Source of the DNA: Campylobacterota bacterium
GTDB taxonomy: Bacteria > Campylobacterota > Campylobacteria > Campylobacterales > Sulfurovaceae
Assembly (NCBI GenBank): GCA_034659695.1
Contig: JAYEHY010000026.1
Coordinates: 1-53,562, forward strand
Length of the DNA: 53,562 bases
Direction of reading: 5' to 3'
Shown here: in pieces, positions 27,666 through 37,412 of the stretch
How the letters are laid out: every line of letters begins with the position of its first letter
How positions within the stretch are numbered: the stretch's first letter is position 1
Position numbers and translations under genes: made by a program
Notes under the pieces: generated by a model
The model's input: only the letters and a program-made list of their open reading frames with translations
Database searches by the model: none
Told to the model about the DNA's origin: nothing

Positions 27666-29206
27666 TGTTACTCTACCCTACTTTTTTATGGTTACTTATC
27701 CCTCTTAGTTTACTCTTTTGGTATAGAGAAAAAACCCTTATGGAAACGGTGCATTTAAGTATTGTTATACTTCTGGTTTTTGCACTAAGTCGTCCTGTGC
27801 TAAAACAGGGTATAGAAGAGCATCCTATAGATGCAAAAGAGTTTATCATTGCTATCGATGCTTCTTACTCTATGAAAGCGAAAGATATTAAGCCGAACCG
27901 TTACACTTTTGCCAAGCAGACAGCCCATGCACTTTTGACTATAAACCCTAGTGACCATATTATGCTTATTGCTTTTACCAGTAACCCTCTTCTTCTCTCT
28001 CCTCCTACAACTGACCACCAGCTCATAGCCCTAGCATTAGAGAGTCTTAACCTTGAGTATATTCTTACAAAAGGTACTTCACTTCAAAGACTTTTTGAGA
28101 AGGTAGCTAGCATGAAAAGTGAACAAAAAAATCTCATACTCATTACCGATGGAGGAGAAGAGAGCAATATAAACCAACTAAGTGACATTTTAAAAAAAGA
28201 AAATATCTCTTTAAGCATCTTAGCATTAGGAAGCAAACATGGGTCAACCATAGAAAACAACGATGGCTCTTTACTTAAAGATGAGACACAAAACCTTATC
28301 GTTTCACGAATTAACCCTCTTTTAGAAACCTTGGCTTCACAAACAGGAGGCAGCTACTTAATGGCATCTTCCACCCCTCTTTCTACAGCGAAAGCCCTTT
28401 ACAACTCACTCAACATGAAAGAACAAAAGAGCAAAAAAGTAAAGAAGAAACAACACCTTTACACAGAGCTTTACCAAGTACCTCTACTCCTTGCTTTAGT
28501 GCTTTTCATGATGTTACACACACGTGCTGTAAAGTACTTGTTAGTCATATTTACACTGCTTGGCATACATGTCCAAGCCTCTATGCTCGATGACTACTAT
28601 TTAAAACAAGCCTATGAGACGTACGCTAAAGGTGACTTCAACACAAGTAGACAACATCTTGTAAAGATAGACACTCCCTCTTTACAAAGTCATTTTGCTT
28701 TAGCAAACACATACTACAAACAAGGGGCATATAAAGAAGCCTTAAAAACTTACCTAAGTATTCGTTCTACTTCACCGCAAATAAAACAGAAGCTCTACTA
28801 CAACATTGCAAACGCTTATGCAAAACAAGAAGCGTATGAAAAAGCAAAAATATACTATACTAAGGCTTTACAACTTGGTGTTGATAATGATGCAAAAGTA
28901 AACCTAAAGCTTGTCATGTTTTTACTCCAAAAGGAAAAGGCTTCTCTAGGTATTGCCCATCCTAAATCACAAAATAGTGACAGTAGTAAAAGCCCTTCTC
29001 AAAAGAACAATAATAAAAAAGAGGAGAGAAGAAGAGAAGAGAAACCTAGCTCTAGTAGTGGTGATGGTGGAGAAAAGAGTAGCAGCAAAGAAGAAGAGAA
29101 AAACAGACTTATACTAGATACACACACAAAAGAGAAACAACCTCTTAGCTCTAAAGTCTATGAACTCATAAACAAAGGATACATACATGAAAAACAACCT
29201 TGGTAA
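27662..29206 (+). CDS. BatB/BatC-like vWA-TPR fusion
   Basis: DASYSM..DIKPNR, LITDGG, TPRs (LANTYYKQG, YNIANAY), low-complexity tail ending QPW. Confidence 0.88.
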   Translation: MMLLYPTFLWLLIPLSLLFWYREKTLMETVHLSIVILLVFALSRPVLKQGIEEHPIDAKEFIIAIDASYSMKAKDIKPNRYTFAKQTAHALLTINPSDHIMLIAFTSNPLLLSPPTTDHQLIALALESLNLEYILTKGTSLQRLFEKVASMKSEQKNLILITDGGEESNINQLSDILKKENISLSILALGSKHGSTIENNDGSLLKDETQNLIVSRINPLLETLASQTGGSYLMASSTPLSTAKALYNSLNMKEQKSKKVKKKQHLYTELYQVPLLLALVLFMMLHTRAVKYLLVIFTLLGIHVQASMLDDYYLKQAYETYAKGDFNTSRQHLVKIDTPSLQSHFALANTYYKQGAYKEALKTYLSIRSTSPQIKQKLYYNIANAYAKQEAYEKAKIYYTKALQLGVDNDAKVNLKLVMFLLQKEKASLGIAHPKSQNSDSSKSPSQKNNNKKEERRREEKPSSSSGDGGEKSSSKEEEKNRLILDTHTKEKQPLSSKVYELINKGYIHEKQPW

Positions 29207-30329
29207 ACTACTTTTCACTTTACTGTATGGTTTGTGGCTTCAAGCAGAAGACTTTACACATCACTTCACACTAAGTAACAGTTCACCTTACATAAAAGAG
29301 GGTGTGGTACTGACACTTGACTTAAACCAGACCAACCATGACAAAGTACTGTTCTTTCAGTTTACACTAAAAAAAAGCCCTACATATACCTTTCATCGTT
29401 TGAGTGCTAAAGAGCGTGGAGCAAACAATGCAGCAAAAATACACTATGCATACCTCATCTACCCTCTTCAACAAGGAGAGCTAGCCTTGCATTTTGAACT
29501 TACACAAAAAGCCACCACCGAGGAGAACTTAGCGTACAGTTTTTCAGGAGACAGAGACAATGTCAAAGGATTAACTACTCTTGACACATCCATAAAGCTA
29601 GCTCCTCTGCTACTCCAAGTAAAACCTCTTCCTGATGGCACATCTGTTGTGGGAGACTTCAACCTAACATACCACATTAAAAAGCACCAAGCCAATGCCT
29701 ATGAAGCACTACCTTTTCAAGTCATACTGAAAGGCTTAGGCTACCCACCACTTTTGGAAAATATTTTACCTAAAGAGGGTAACTTTACACGCTTTGAAGA
29801 GACCCCTATTGTCAAAGTAGTAAACAGTTTAAAAGGGACGAAAAGTAGTGTAACCTATCCTATGGCACTTTCACACCACGAAAGCTTTGACCTTAACCCT
29901 TTAGTTATCAAAGCCTTTAACCCTAAAACTAAACAGAGCTATACGCTAAACATAAAAAAACAGCATTTCAACATTCAACCTGTAGAGCCAAAAAGTCTAG
30001 TTGACAAAATAGACTACCCTAAAACTTTACAAAGTGACTTCTCTTGGCTTACTGAGTCAATAGGGTACATCGTAGTATTTGTTGCAGGGTATTTTACTGC
30101 ATTGAGTCTAAGATGGAGACCAAAAGAGAAATATAAACAGACAAAAAAGCATCCACTAAAAGAGAAAATCAACAGATGCAGAGATGAAAAAGCCCTACTA
30201 CAACTACTCATGGCAACCGATGCTAAGTACTTCTCAGCAGATATTGAGAAACTTGAAAAGCATTTATATGGAAAGAGTAAAGTTAACATCAAACAATTCA
30301 AACAAGATTTAGGAGAAAAAGTACAATGA
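29187..30329 (+). CDS. BatD-like protein
   Basis: Signal peptide, beta-rich repeats, VGDF motif, C-terminal TM; Bat operon context. Confidence 0.75.
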   Translation: MKNNLGKLLFTLLYGLWLQAEDFTHHFTLSNSSPYIKEGVVLTLDLNQTNHDKVLFFQFTLKKSPTYTFHRLSAKERGANNAAKIHYAYLIYPLQQGELALHFELTQKATTEENLAYSFSGDRDNVKGLTTLDTSIKLAPLLLQVKPLPDGTSVVGDFNLTYHIKKHQANAYEALPFQVILKGLGYPPLLENILPKEGNFTRFEETPIVKVVNSLKGTKSSVTYPMALSHHESFDLNPLVIKAFNPKTKQSYTLNIKKQHFNIQPVEPKSLVDKIDYPKTLQSDFSWLTESIGYIVVFVAGYFTALSLRWRPKEKYKQTKKHPLKEKINRCRDEKALLQLLMATDAKYFSADIEKLEKHLYGKSKVNIKQFKQDLGEKVQ

Positions 30330-31273
30330 ACCAACAAATACTTCAACTCAAACAAGAACTAAGTAAAGCGGTTATCGGTCAAGAGAGCATGATAGAAGGC
30401 TTGCTTATTGGGCTACTTTGTGAGGGGCATATTTTGGTAGAGGGGGTACCTGGTTTGGCTAAAACCACAACCATTAATGCTTTTTCTAAAGCACTAGGAC
30501 TAGACTTTAAGCGTATACAGTTTACCCCAGACCTTTTACCTTCAGATATTATTGGGGCTCAAATATATAATCCTCAAGACCACAGTTTTAGCATTAAAAA
30601 AGGTCCCCTCTTTACCCACCTGCTTCTTGCTGATGAGATCAATAGAGCCCCTGCAAAAGTACAGTCTGCTCTGCTTGAAGTGATGCAGGAGAGACAAGTG
30701 ACTATTGCAGAAGAGACGTTTAAACTAGCCTCTCCTTTTTTAGTAATGGCAACACAAAACCCCATAGAACAAGAGGGAGTCTACGCTTTACCCGAAGCAC
30801 AACTCGACAGATTTATGATGAAAATCATTGTCAAACACAACACAGCAGCCCAAGAAGTAAAAATCATGCGTAAGGGAGCAAGTAAAAGTTTTGCAGAGGT
30901 GCAGAAGGTACTCAGTATTGAAGCACTTCATGCGTTACAAAAAGCGTTAGCACAGGTACATATCGACGAAGAGTTAGAACTCTACATTGTACAGCTCATT
31001 ACCGCTACAAGAGAGCCTGATGCATTTAACTTAACTTCTCTTAGCCAAAGCATTATGTTTGGAGCAAGTCCAAGGGCTTCCATTGACCTCTACAAAGCAG
31101 CAAAAGCAAAGGCCTTTTTACGGGGTAATGACTTTGTAACCCCCGCAGACATTGGCTATGTAGTCCATGATGTACTACGACACAGAATCGTACTCTCTTA
31201 TGAGGCAAGAGCAAAAGGGGTAAGCACCGATGAGATTATCTCTACCATTATTGAGACTTTGCCTATACCGTAA
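30326..31273 (+). CDS. moxR: MoxR family AAA+ ATPase
   Basis: EGVPGLAKT, RIQFTPDLLPSD, DEINRAPAKVQSALLE, LPEAQLDRF. Confidence 0.96.
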   Translation: MNQQILQLKQELSKAVIGQESMIEGLLIGLLCEGHILVEGVPGLAKTTTINAFSKALGLDFKRIQFTPDLLPSDIIGAQIYNPQDHSFSIKKGPLFTHLLLADEINRAPAKVQSALLEVMQERQVTIAEETFKLASPFLVMATQNPIEQEGVYALPEAQLDRFMMKIIVKHNTAAQEVKIMRKGASKSFAEVQKVLSIEALHALQKALAQVHIDEELELYIVQLITATREPDAFNLTSLSQSIMFGASPRASIDLYKAAKAKAFLRGNDFVTPADIGYVVHDVLRHRIVLSYEARAKGVSTDEIISTIIETLPIP

Positions 31274-32100
31274 TGAACACCGCATTTAAAACACTACAAC
31301 TCAAAGCTAAACACCAAGTCTACACCCTACTCTCTGGACACAACCTCTCTAAACTTCATGGAGAGGGTTATGATTTTTCAGAGTTGAGAGAGTACCAAAT
31401 GGGTGATGATATCCGTAAAATAAACTGGACGATTACTGCAAAACTTGGAAAACCCTACATCAAAGAGTTACACGCAAACCGAGAACTCTCTGTTGTGGTG
31501 GCTACATTTATGGATGGAAGCCTTTACTTTGGTTCAGGCAATGAAAAACAGAAGAAACTTTGTGAAGTAGCTACACTTTTGGCTTATGCAACGCAACACA
31601 ACAGTGACCTCTTTAGTGGTATAAGCTACAGTCAACCCCACACATACACCACCCCTCCTACCAAACAAGTTTACCACATAGAACAGTTTTCAAAAAACAT
31701 CTTTGAAGCTCAAGTTCTAGGAACTACCCTAAACTACCATGCCTCCACACAAGACCTCTTTAAAAAAATTGCTAAACCTTCACTTGTTTTTATAGTAGGT
31801 GATTTTTTAGAAGAGATAGACCTCTCTTTGCTTACACAAAAACATGAAGTCATTGCTATAATAATACGAGACAAAGAGGAAGAGTCTCCTCAATCTCTTG
31901 GAGAAGTAAACTTTCACAACTCTAAAAACCATACAAAACTAGACACCTATTTTGGAAAAAAGAGTATAGAAAAATACCTAGCAAAACTACAAAAACATGA
32001 TGAAAAAACCATAGAACAGTTTTCACAATACGGCATTAGGTACGTAAAAGTATTTTCAGATGAAGAGGTGGCTGGGAAACTTATGGGGTTGTTTTTGTAG
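31273..32100 (+). CDS. DUF58 protein
   Basis: GYDFSELREYQMGDDIRKINWTITA; adjacent to MoxR. Confidence 0.93.
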   Translation: MNTAFKTLQLKAKHQVYTLLSGHNLSKLHGEGYDFSELREYQMGDDIRKINWTITAKLGKPYIKELHANRELSVVVATFMDGSLYFGSGNEKQKKLCEVATLLAYATQHNSDLFSGISYSQPHTYTTPPTKQVYHIEQFSKNIFEAQVLGTTLNYHASTQDLFKKIAKPSLVFIVGDFLEEIDLSLLTQKHEVIAIIIRDKEEESPQSLGEVNFHNSKNHTKLDTYFGKKSIEKYLAKLQKHDEKTIEQFSQYGIRYVKVFSDEEVAGKLMGLFL

Positions 32101-32254
32101 GTGTATTTAACTTCATAGCCAAGATAACTAATCTTAAAGTAACAAAGCTTGTAGATGATAAACTATTGAAAGTAAGAGGTAAAGTGGATTCGTAAATAAC
32201 CTTCAGTAATTATTATGATACAATAGTCTCAAAAAGAGTTAATAAGGTTAACTT

Positions 32255-32551
32255 ATGCAAATAATAAAATACACTATAATACTTATGCTTTTTTCTTCTC
32301 TTGGAGCTAAGGAGAAAGTGGATGTTAGTAAGATTTATGGGAAGGTACAGTATGTTGATGCTTTTGCAGATTATAAGGTGGAGGTTGTAGAGCATTTTTC
32401 TGATTTAAAAGTTCAAGAGGTGAAGCATTTTCCTGACTCTGTGGGTAGGTGGCAAGTAGTTACAGCTTTTCCAGACTTCACCATTCAAAAAGTAAAAGCA
32501 TTTGGTGATTTTAAAATTACTTATGTTGATGTTTTTCCTGGTCTACCTTAA
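32255..32551 (+). CDS. Small secreted beta-repeat protein (possibly DUF6150 / 7-1 knot family)
   Basis: Signal peptide plus ~11-aa repeats KVxxVxxFxD. Confidence 0.6.
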   Translation: MQIIKYTIILMLFSSLGAKEKVDVSKIYGKVQYVDAFADYKVEVVEHFSDLKVQEVKHFPDSVGRWQVVTAFPDFTIQKVKAFGDFKITYVDVFPGLP

Positions 32552-32882
32552 ACTCTTTTTTTAATGCCTCTACTTTTTGACAAGCTTGTGTAAAGAGTGT
32601 CGCGTGTTGTATCTGTTCTGTAGACAGATGCTTATGCCGTTCAAAAGAGGCTATGACTTTAGATGCCTTTAACGATGCATTTTTACTGTTGCGTCTTATA
32701 TGTTCAAACGCAATGGCTCCATTTATCAACCCTTTTACTAAGTTTTGTAAAGGGTGTTTTGACAAGCGTAGCGGATGCCATGCTTCTTCTAGTACTTCAT
32801 GTGCATCAAAATACTCTTTACTATTCATAAGATGTAGATACGCTTTTAAGGCACCCTCTAAGTCTTCATTCATTGTTAGCAT
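32517..32882 (-). CDS. DUF309 protein
   Basis: YFDAHEVLEEAW..KGLINGA motif. Confidence 0.88.
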   Translation of the reverse strand: MLTMNEDLEGALKAYLHLMNSKEYFDAHEVLEEAWHPLRLSKHPLQNLVKGLINGAIAFEHIRRNSKNASLKASKVIASFERHKHLSTEQIQHATLFTQACQKVEALKKEFKVDQEKHQHK

Positions 32883-32986
32883 TGTTTATAAACTTCCTTT
32901 TTACTGTATCTGTTAACTTTACAGTAAAGATGCTTGTCACTATCTTTAAAGTATAATAGTTCAAATACACTATATAGAGTAATACC

Positions 32987-33325
32987 ATGACAAAAAATGA
33001 AAAAAAGTATATCACTAAGAAGATAGAAGAAGATATTGTTTTCTTAAAAAATCAAATTGTTACACTAGAAGAGAAAGTGAAGCCTATTGCTCCTGATTGT
33101 TCACTAGGGAGGCTTACTAGACTAGAGGCTATGGGAGAACAGCATGTCAACCATACGGTACTAGATGAGTCAAGAGTAAAGTTGACACGTCTTAACAATG
33201 CCCTGCTTCGTATAGATAAACCCATGTTTGGTATTTGCATTGAGTGTGAAGAAACCATAGGAATGGGACGCATGAGTATACGTCCTGAAAGTGTTAGATG
33301 TGTGGAGTGTGCCAATAATCTATAA
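32987..33325 (+). CDS. TraR/DksA C4-type zinc-finger protein
   Basis: GRLTRLEAM, ALLRID..FGICIECEETI..RPESVRCVEC. Confidence 0.88.
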   Translation: MTKNEKKYITKKIEEDIVFLKNQIVTLEEKVKPIAPDCSLGRLTRLEAMGEQHVNHTVLDESRVKLTRLNNALLRIDKPMFGICIECEETIGMGRMSIRPESVRCVECANNL

Positions 33326-33973
33326 GCTTTCTATATTACCTACTACTTTACCTACAATCGTTATTTCATCTGATGCAATAATCTCAGGTGAGTACATCTT
33401 GTTGTCAGAAATAAGCTCTACCATGCCATCTGCCCTTTGACGAATACGTTTGATAAACAATCCTGTTGTTGTAGCAGCGATAAAAATACCATCTTTGTTA
33501 ATATTTGTTTTACCTCTATCTAAAAAGACAATAGATCCATCCTGCAAGGTGGGTTCCATTGATTCACCATTTACATGAATCGCTTCTAACTCTACGTTAC
33601 CTTCTCCAACCATATTTTGCATAATTTTTCTATCTAGGGTAATTACTTCATAATTTTCATCAAACTCATATGCACCACCACCTGCACTTGCACCTATGTC
33701 AGCAAAGTAGCGTATTTGAAAGAACTTATCGGTCTCCTCTTTAAGCATGTCTACGGCTTGGTCAAAAAAGAGCCAATTCACAGAAATTTTCTTAATTGCA
33801 CAAAACTCTAAAATCTCTTTATAGGGTATGGAGCCTCTTTGTTTCATGGTTGCGAAAGTTGCTTGAGGTATATTGAGTGCCATTGCGACATCTTTGTCAA
33901 ATACTTTTTTACCTATGGTATGTTCAGAAATAACATCTTTCAGTTTTTCTATGATTTCACTTAAAACTAACAT
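33320..33973 (-). CDS. CI/LexA-like repressor (phage CI HTH + S24 peptidase)
   Basis: DVAMALNIPQATFATMKQRGSIP..VNWLF HTH; ASAGGG cleavage site; GESMEP (Ser) and IKRI (Lys) dyad. Confidence 0.9.
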   Translation of the reverse strand: MLVLSEIIEKLKDVISEHTIGKKVFDKDVAMALNIPQATFATMKQRGSIPYKEILEFCAIKKISVNWLFFDQAVDMLKEETDKFFQIRYFADIGASAGGGAYEFDENYEVITLDRKIMQNMVGEGNVELEAIHVNGESMEPTLQDGSIVFLDRGKTNINKDGIFIAATTTGLFIKRIRQRADGMVELISDNKMYSPEIIASDEITIVGKVVGNIESL

Positions 33974-34098
33974 CTTAACTCCTTATATAATATATTATAC
34001 GGTATTTTTACTAAAAGTATAACAATTTGACATACTTTTATAGTTTAAAATATCAAAATTGTATAATTCTAAATATAAACTATTTTAAAGGATACAAA

Positions 34099-34215
34099 AT
34101 GGATTTTAAAAGAAACAGAAACTTACTCAATGAAGCGATAAACTCAGGGTGCAAAACCGTAGCAGAGCTTGCACTGTTTTTAAAAATACACACCTATTTA
34201 AACAAACTTTACTAG
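34099..34215 (+). CDS. Small 38-aa protein divergent from the repressor
   Basis: SD AAGGA then MDFKRNRNLLNEAINSGCKTVAELALFLKIHTYLNKLY; TATAAT at 34062-34067. Confidence 0.55.
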   Translation: MDFKRNRNLLNEAINSGCKTVAELALFLKIHTYLNKLY

Positions 34216-35411
34216 TCTAAAAGAAGTACTTCAACACTATCGCCTATCTCTTTAGAAGTCTCATCTTCTGAAGTTGCAAGCAGTGCAATAGACCCTAGCA
34301 TATTTGTTAAGATGGCACTAGAACCTACTTTTTTATCTTTAAAGTCTATTCTGTACTCTCCATTAACACGCTCTACATTACATGCGGTAAATTCAGCTTT
34401 TTTCGCACGTTTTATAAAAGGTTCACTGAGTGTAGCTTTTACTTTTTTAAGCGAAGCATTCCCTTTTTGTAACTTCTCTATGAGTGGTACGACATAAAGC
34501 AGTGCAGTCACTGTAGAAGAGTAAGCAAAACCTGGTAGCCCAACTATAAACTTATTGCCTTTTCGTGCTACCATGATGTGTTGCCCAGGTTTTACTCGTA
34601 CCCCCTTAAAGAGTACATCACAGCCAAGCTCAACAATAACATCTTTAACAAAGTCAAAATCGCCTACACTCACTCCACCTGTAGTAACGACAATATCACT
34701 TTTTTCTAAAGCACTTGCAACGGCTTTAGTAATGTTTGCTTTATCATCTTTAATGCACCCTAGTTGCATAGGAGTAGCATCATATTTTTGTACAATTGCT
34801 TCTAAAATATAGTTATTTGAAGAGCGAATTTGTGCATGGTTGGTTTGAGTCTCTCCTAGCTCTAAAAGTTCAGAACCTGTAGAGAGTATAGAGACCGTTG
34901 GTTTTTCATACACAAGAGGTGTCACAATGTTTAGACTAGCCATTACCCCTATTTGAGGAAAGCCTATTTTAGTACCTTTAGCAATAAGCAGTTGACCCTT
35001 AGCATAGTTTTCACCCACTTCACGTACTGAAAAGCCTTGTGGGACTTCCTCTTTAATGACTATCTCATCACCCTCAACTTCTACATTCTCAATAGGGATA
35101 AGCGTATCTGCACCTTTGGGCATGAGTGAACCTGTAAATGTCTTAATGCATGTTCCTCCTATCACCTCATCTTTAAGCATAGACCCTGCGGGGTTGATAC
35201 TTGCTATTTTTAATCTTTCTAAAGTCATATCTTCATGAATGATGGCATAACCATCCATAGCAGAGGTAGGGTATTCAGGTGAGTTATGGTCTCCAATAAC
35301 ATCTTCTGCCAAGATATACCCTAGTGTATCTACAAGGTAGAGTTTTTTCGTTTTATATTGTGTAATCTCAAGATTTTTTATTATCTCAATTGATTCATCA
35401 AAATGAAGCAT
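34212..35411 (-). CDS. moeA: Molybdopterin molybdotransferase
   Basis: SAMDGYA, STGSEL, TTGGVSVGDFDF, VKPG, GLPG. Confidence 0.96.
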   Translation of the reverse strand: MLHFDESIEIIKNLEITQYKTKKLYLVDTLGYILAEDVIGDHNSPEYPTSAMDGYAIIHEDMTLERLKIASINPAGSMLKDEVIGGTCIKTFTGSLMPKGADTLIPIENVEVEGDEIVIKEEVPQGFSVREVGENYAKGQLLIAKGTKIGFPQIGVMASLNIVTPLVYEKPTVSILSTGSELLELGETQTNHAQIRSSNNYILEAIVQKYDATPMQLGCIKDDKANITKAVASALEKSDIVVTTGGVSVGDFDFVKDVIVELGCDVLFKGVRVKPGQHIMVARKGNKFIVGLPGFAYSSTVTALLYVVPLIEKLQKGNASLKKVKATLSEPFIKRAKKAEFTACNVERVNGEYRIDFKDKKVGSSAILTNMLGSIALLATSEDETSKEIGDSVEVLLLD

Positions 35412-35430
35412 ATAAAAGTTCCTTTATATT

Positions 35431-35502
35431 TGTAGGGTGCGTAATCACGCACCATTATTAATGTTTGGTTTTGTATTGTGGTGCGTGATTACGCACCCTA
35501 CA
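35431..35502. repeat. REPIN (inverted pair of GTAG-family REPs)
   Basis: TGTAGGGTGCGTAATCACGCACCA (35431-35454) and its exact reverse complement (35479-35502), 24-nt spacer; each arm is itself a hairpin. Confidence 0.85.
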
Positions 35503-35503
35503 G

Positions 35504-35938
35504 TTATGCCAACAGACCTGCACCATCCATAGCAATGCTTCTATCGGCAGCATAAATACGCTCACCATTTTTCACATCATATTTCCATATGGGTGCATTG
35601 GCTTTAAAGTCTTCAACAAACTCATCTATAAGCTCAAGAGCCACTCTACGTTTAGGAGAAAATACCGCAGAGACATAAGAGGATGTATGTACAGGCACAT
35701 CACCTATGGCATGAGCCATTTTAACTACAGCTCCCAAAGCTTTAGCCTTCTCTTGCCACTGGTCAAACCACTTTTGAAGTACAGGTTCATAAATGTCAAA
35801 ACTTAATGCTTCTATATCATCTTCTGCACGTATAGTACCTACAAATGGAATGTAAGCTCCGTAGTTAGAGTGGCTTTGTTCATCTAACCATCGTCCAAAT
35901 ATCTCTTTCGTATCTAATGGTCCCTGATAAAGTTCCAT
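35504..35938 (-). CDS. moaE: Molybdopterin synthase catalytic subunit
   Basis: FVGTIR, AHAIGDV, SPKRR, FKANAPIWK. Confidence 0.95.
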   Translation of the reverse strand: MELYQGPLDTKEIFGRWLDEQSHSNYGAYIPFVGTIRAEDDIEALSFDIYEPVLQKWFDQWQEKAKALGAVVKMAHAIGDVPVHTSSYVSAVFSPKRRVALELIDEFVEDFKANAPIWKYDVKNGERIYAADRSIAMDGAGLLA

Positions 35939-35941
35939 GCA

Positions 35942-36163
35942 CTAACCTCCACAGACAGGAGGTAAAATAGAAATTCTATCTCCATCTTTTAGTGTGATAC
36001 TTAAGTCGTTGACCATTGTATCATTTAGTGCTACTGCACATTTATCTAACCAGTCACTCACTACTGCATCAACTTTAAGTTTACTCGCAACCTCTGCAAG
36101 TGTCTTTGCTTCCATCTCTATGGGTGCTTTTCCGATAGGACCTAAAAATTCTATTTTTACCAT
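35942..36163 (-). CDS. moaD: Molybdopterin synthase sulfur carrier
   Basis: Ubiquitin-like fold, C-terminal LPPVCGG. Confidence 0.95.
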   Translation of the reverse strand: MVKIEFLGPIGKAPIEMEAKTLAEVASKLKVDAVVSDWLDKCAVALNDTMVNDLSITLKDGDRISILPPVCGG

Positions 36164-36237
36164 AACCTACTCTTTTTATGAATTGAGCTGATTATAAATC
36201 TTGTTTGGTATAATTACGCTTAAAAAAAGGGGTTGGT

Positions 36238-36882
36238 ATGCTGTTTGGTTCTATCTCCTACCTCAATCTTTTACCATTTCAACTTTTTTTAAAAAAACAT
36301 CTTACCCATAATGCTTCAAAAATGAGTTTCAGATACAAACGTGCTGTCCCCTCAGAAATTAATAAATCCCTAAAAAGAAGAGAGGTAAATGCTGCGTTTA
36401 TCTCCTCTGTAACTTCTGCTAAATACAAATGTACAGACTTAGGTATTATTGCCAACAAAAAAGTCTATAGTGTACTCCTACTAGAGGGAGAGCATCAAAC
36501 AGACCCAGCATCTGCTACTTCTAACAAGCTTGCCCATGTTTTAAATCTTGAAGGAAAAGTTCTTATAGGTGACGCAGCACTTAACTACTATCTTAATGGA
36601 GGAGAAGGCATAGACCTTGCAGAAGCGTGGTATGAAAAGAGTGGTCTTCCTTTTGTTTTTGCCAGACTTTGCTACAACAAACATGATAAAACAGTGAAAA
36701 ACTTAGCCAAAGCTTTCTCACAGGAAAAAGTAAAAATACCCCAATATATTTTAAAAAAAGAGGCAAAAAAACGAGGTATTACACCAAAACAACTTAGTTG
36801 GTATTTGAAGCATATTTATTATGAGATGGATGATAAAGCAAAAAAGTCTTTGAAGTTGTTTTTGAAACAGTCTAGGATCTAA
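36238..36882 (+). CDS. mqnA: Chorismate dehydratase (futalosine menaquinone pathway)
   Basis: GSISYLNLLPF, SATSNKL, LIGDAAL, DLAEAW..GLPFVFA; TGGTATAAT promoter at 36206. Confidence 0.88.
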   Translation: MLFGSISYLNLLPFQLFLKKHLTHNASKMSFRYKRAVPSEINKSLKRREVNAAFISSVTSAKYKCTDLGIIANKKVYSVLLLEGEHQTDPASATSNKLAHVLNLEGKVLIGDAALNYYLNGGEGIDLAEAWYEKSGLPFVFARLCYNKHDKTVKNLAKAFSQEKVKIPQYILKKEAKKRGITPKQLSWYLKHIYYEMDDKAKKSLKLFLKQSRI

Positions 36883-36984
36883 ATAACTTCCTTGTCTAGT
36901 CTCACCACGTTATACCATTCCAAACAAACTAAAAGCAGTAGGCTGATACCATCGTAAAATCTTTACAGCCATAAAGGAATTACA

Positions 36985-37297
36985 ATGTCACAAGTCTACC
37001 ACTCGAATGCAAAGTTAAATAAGCACTCAAGAGAGATTATACAAAAGTCACAATTAAGTACTATTGAGCTATCAGCACAATATAGAGTAAATGAGAAAAC
37101 AATCAGAAAGTGGAAAGATAGAGACTTCACAGAAGATAAAAGCTCTTGTCCCCATAAGATACACTATGCCCTTACTCCACTAGAGAAAAGGCTTATAGAG
37201 CTTGTCAGAAGTACTACTTGGATGAGTTTGGATGATGTGGTCGACACAGTCAATCAAGTGATACCCTCTGCGAATAGAAGCAACGTAAGTAGAACCC
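36985..37297 (+). mobile_element. Truncated IS481-family transposase (N-terminal HTH only)
   Basis: MSQVYHSNAK..KTIRKWKDR..EDKSS.P..LDD..NRSNVSR, then unrelated sequence; no DDE domain. Confidence 0.75.
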
Positions 37298-37412
37298 ATA
37301 AATTTCCACCTTTTAAATTAATCTTCCGTCTACTTCAATCACCATATTCTGCCATGTTTTGTGATTATAATAAATTTGGATGGAATATAGGTATCTTATA
37401 GTAAATTTAAAC

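Noticed and set aside
26742-32100. vWA/TPR/MoxR/DUF58 cluster as a novel system
   Set aside because: Matches the widespread Bat/MoxR operon architecture
32987-34215. Prophage around the TraR/DksA and CI-like genes
   Set aside because: No integrase, replication or structural genes; flanks are housekeeping genes
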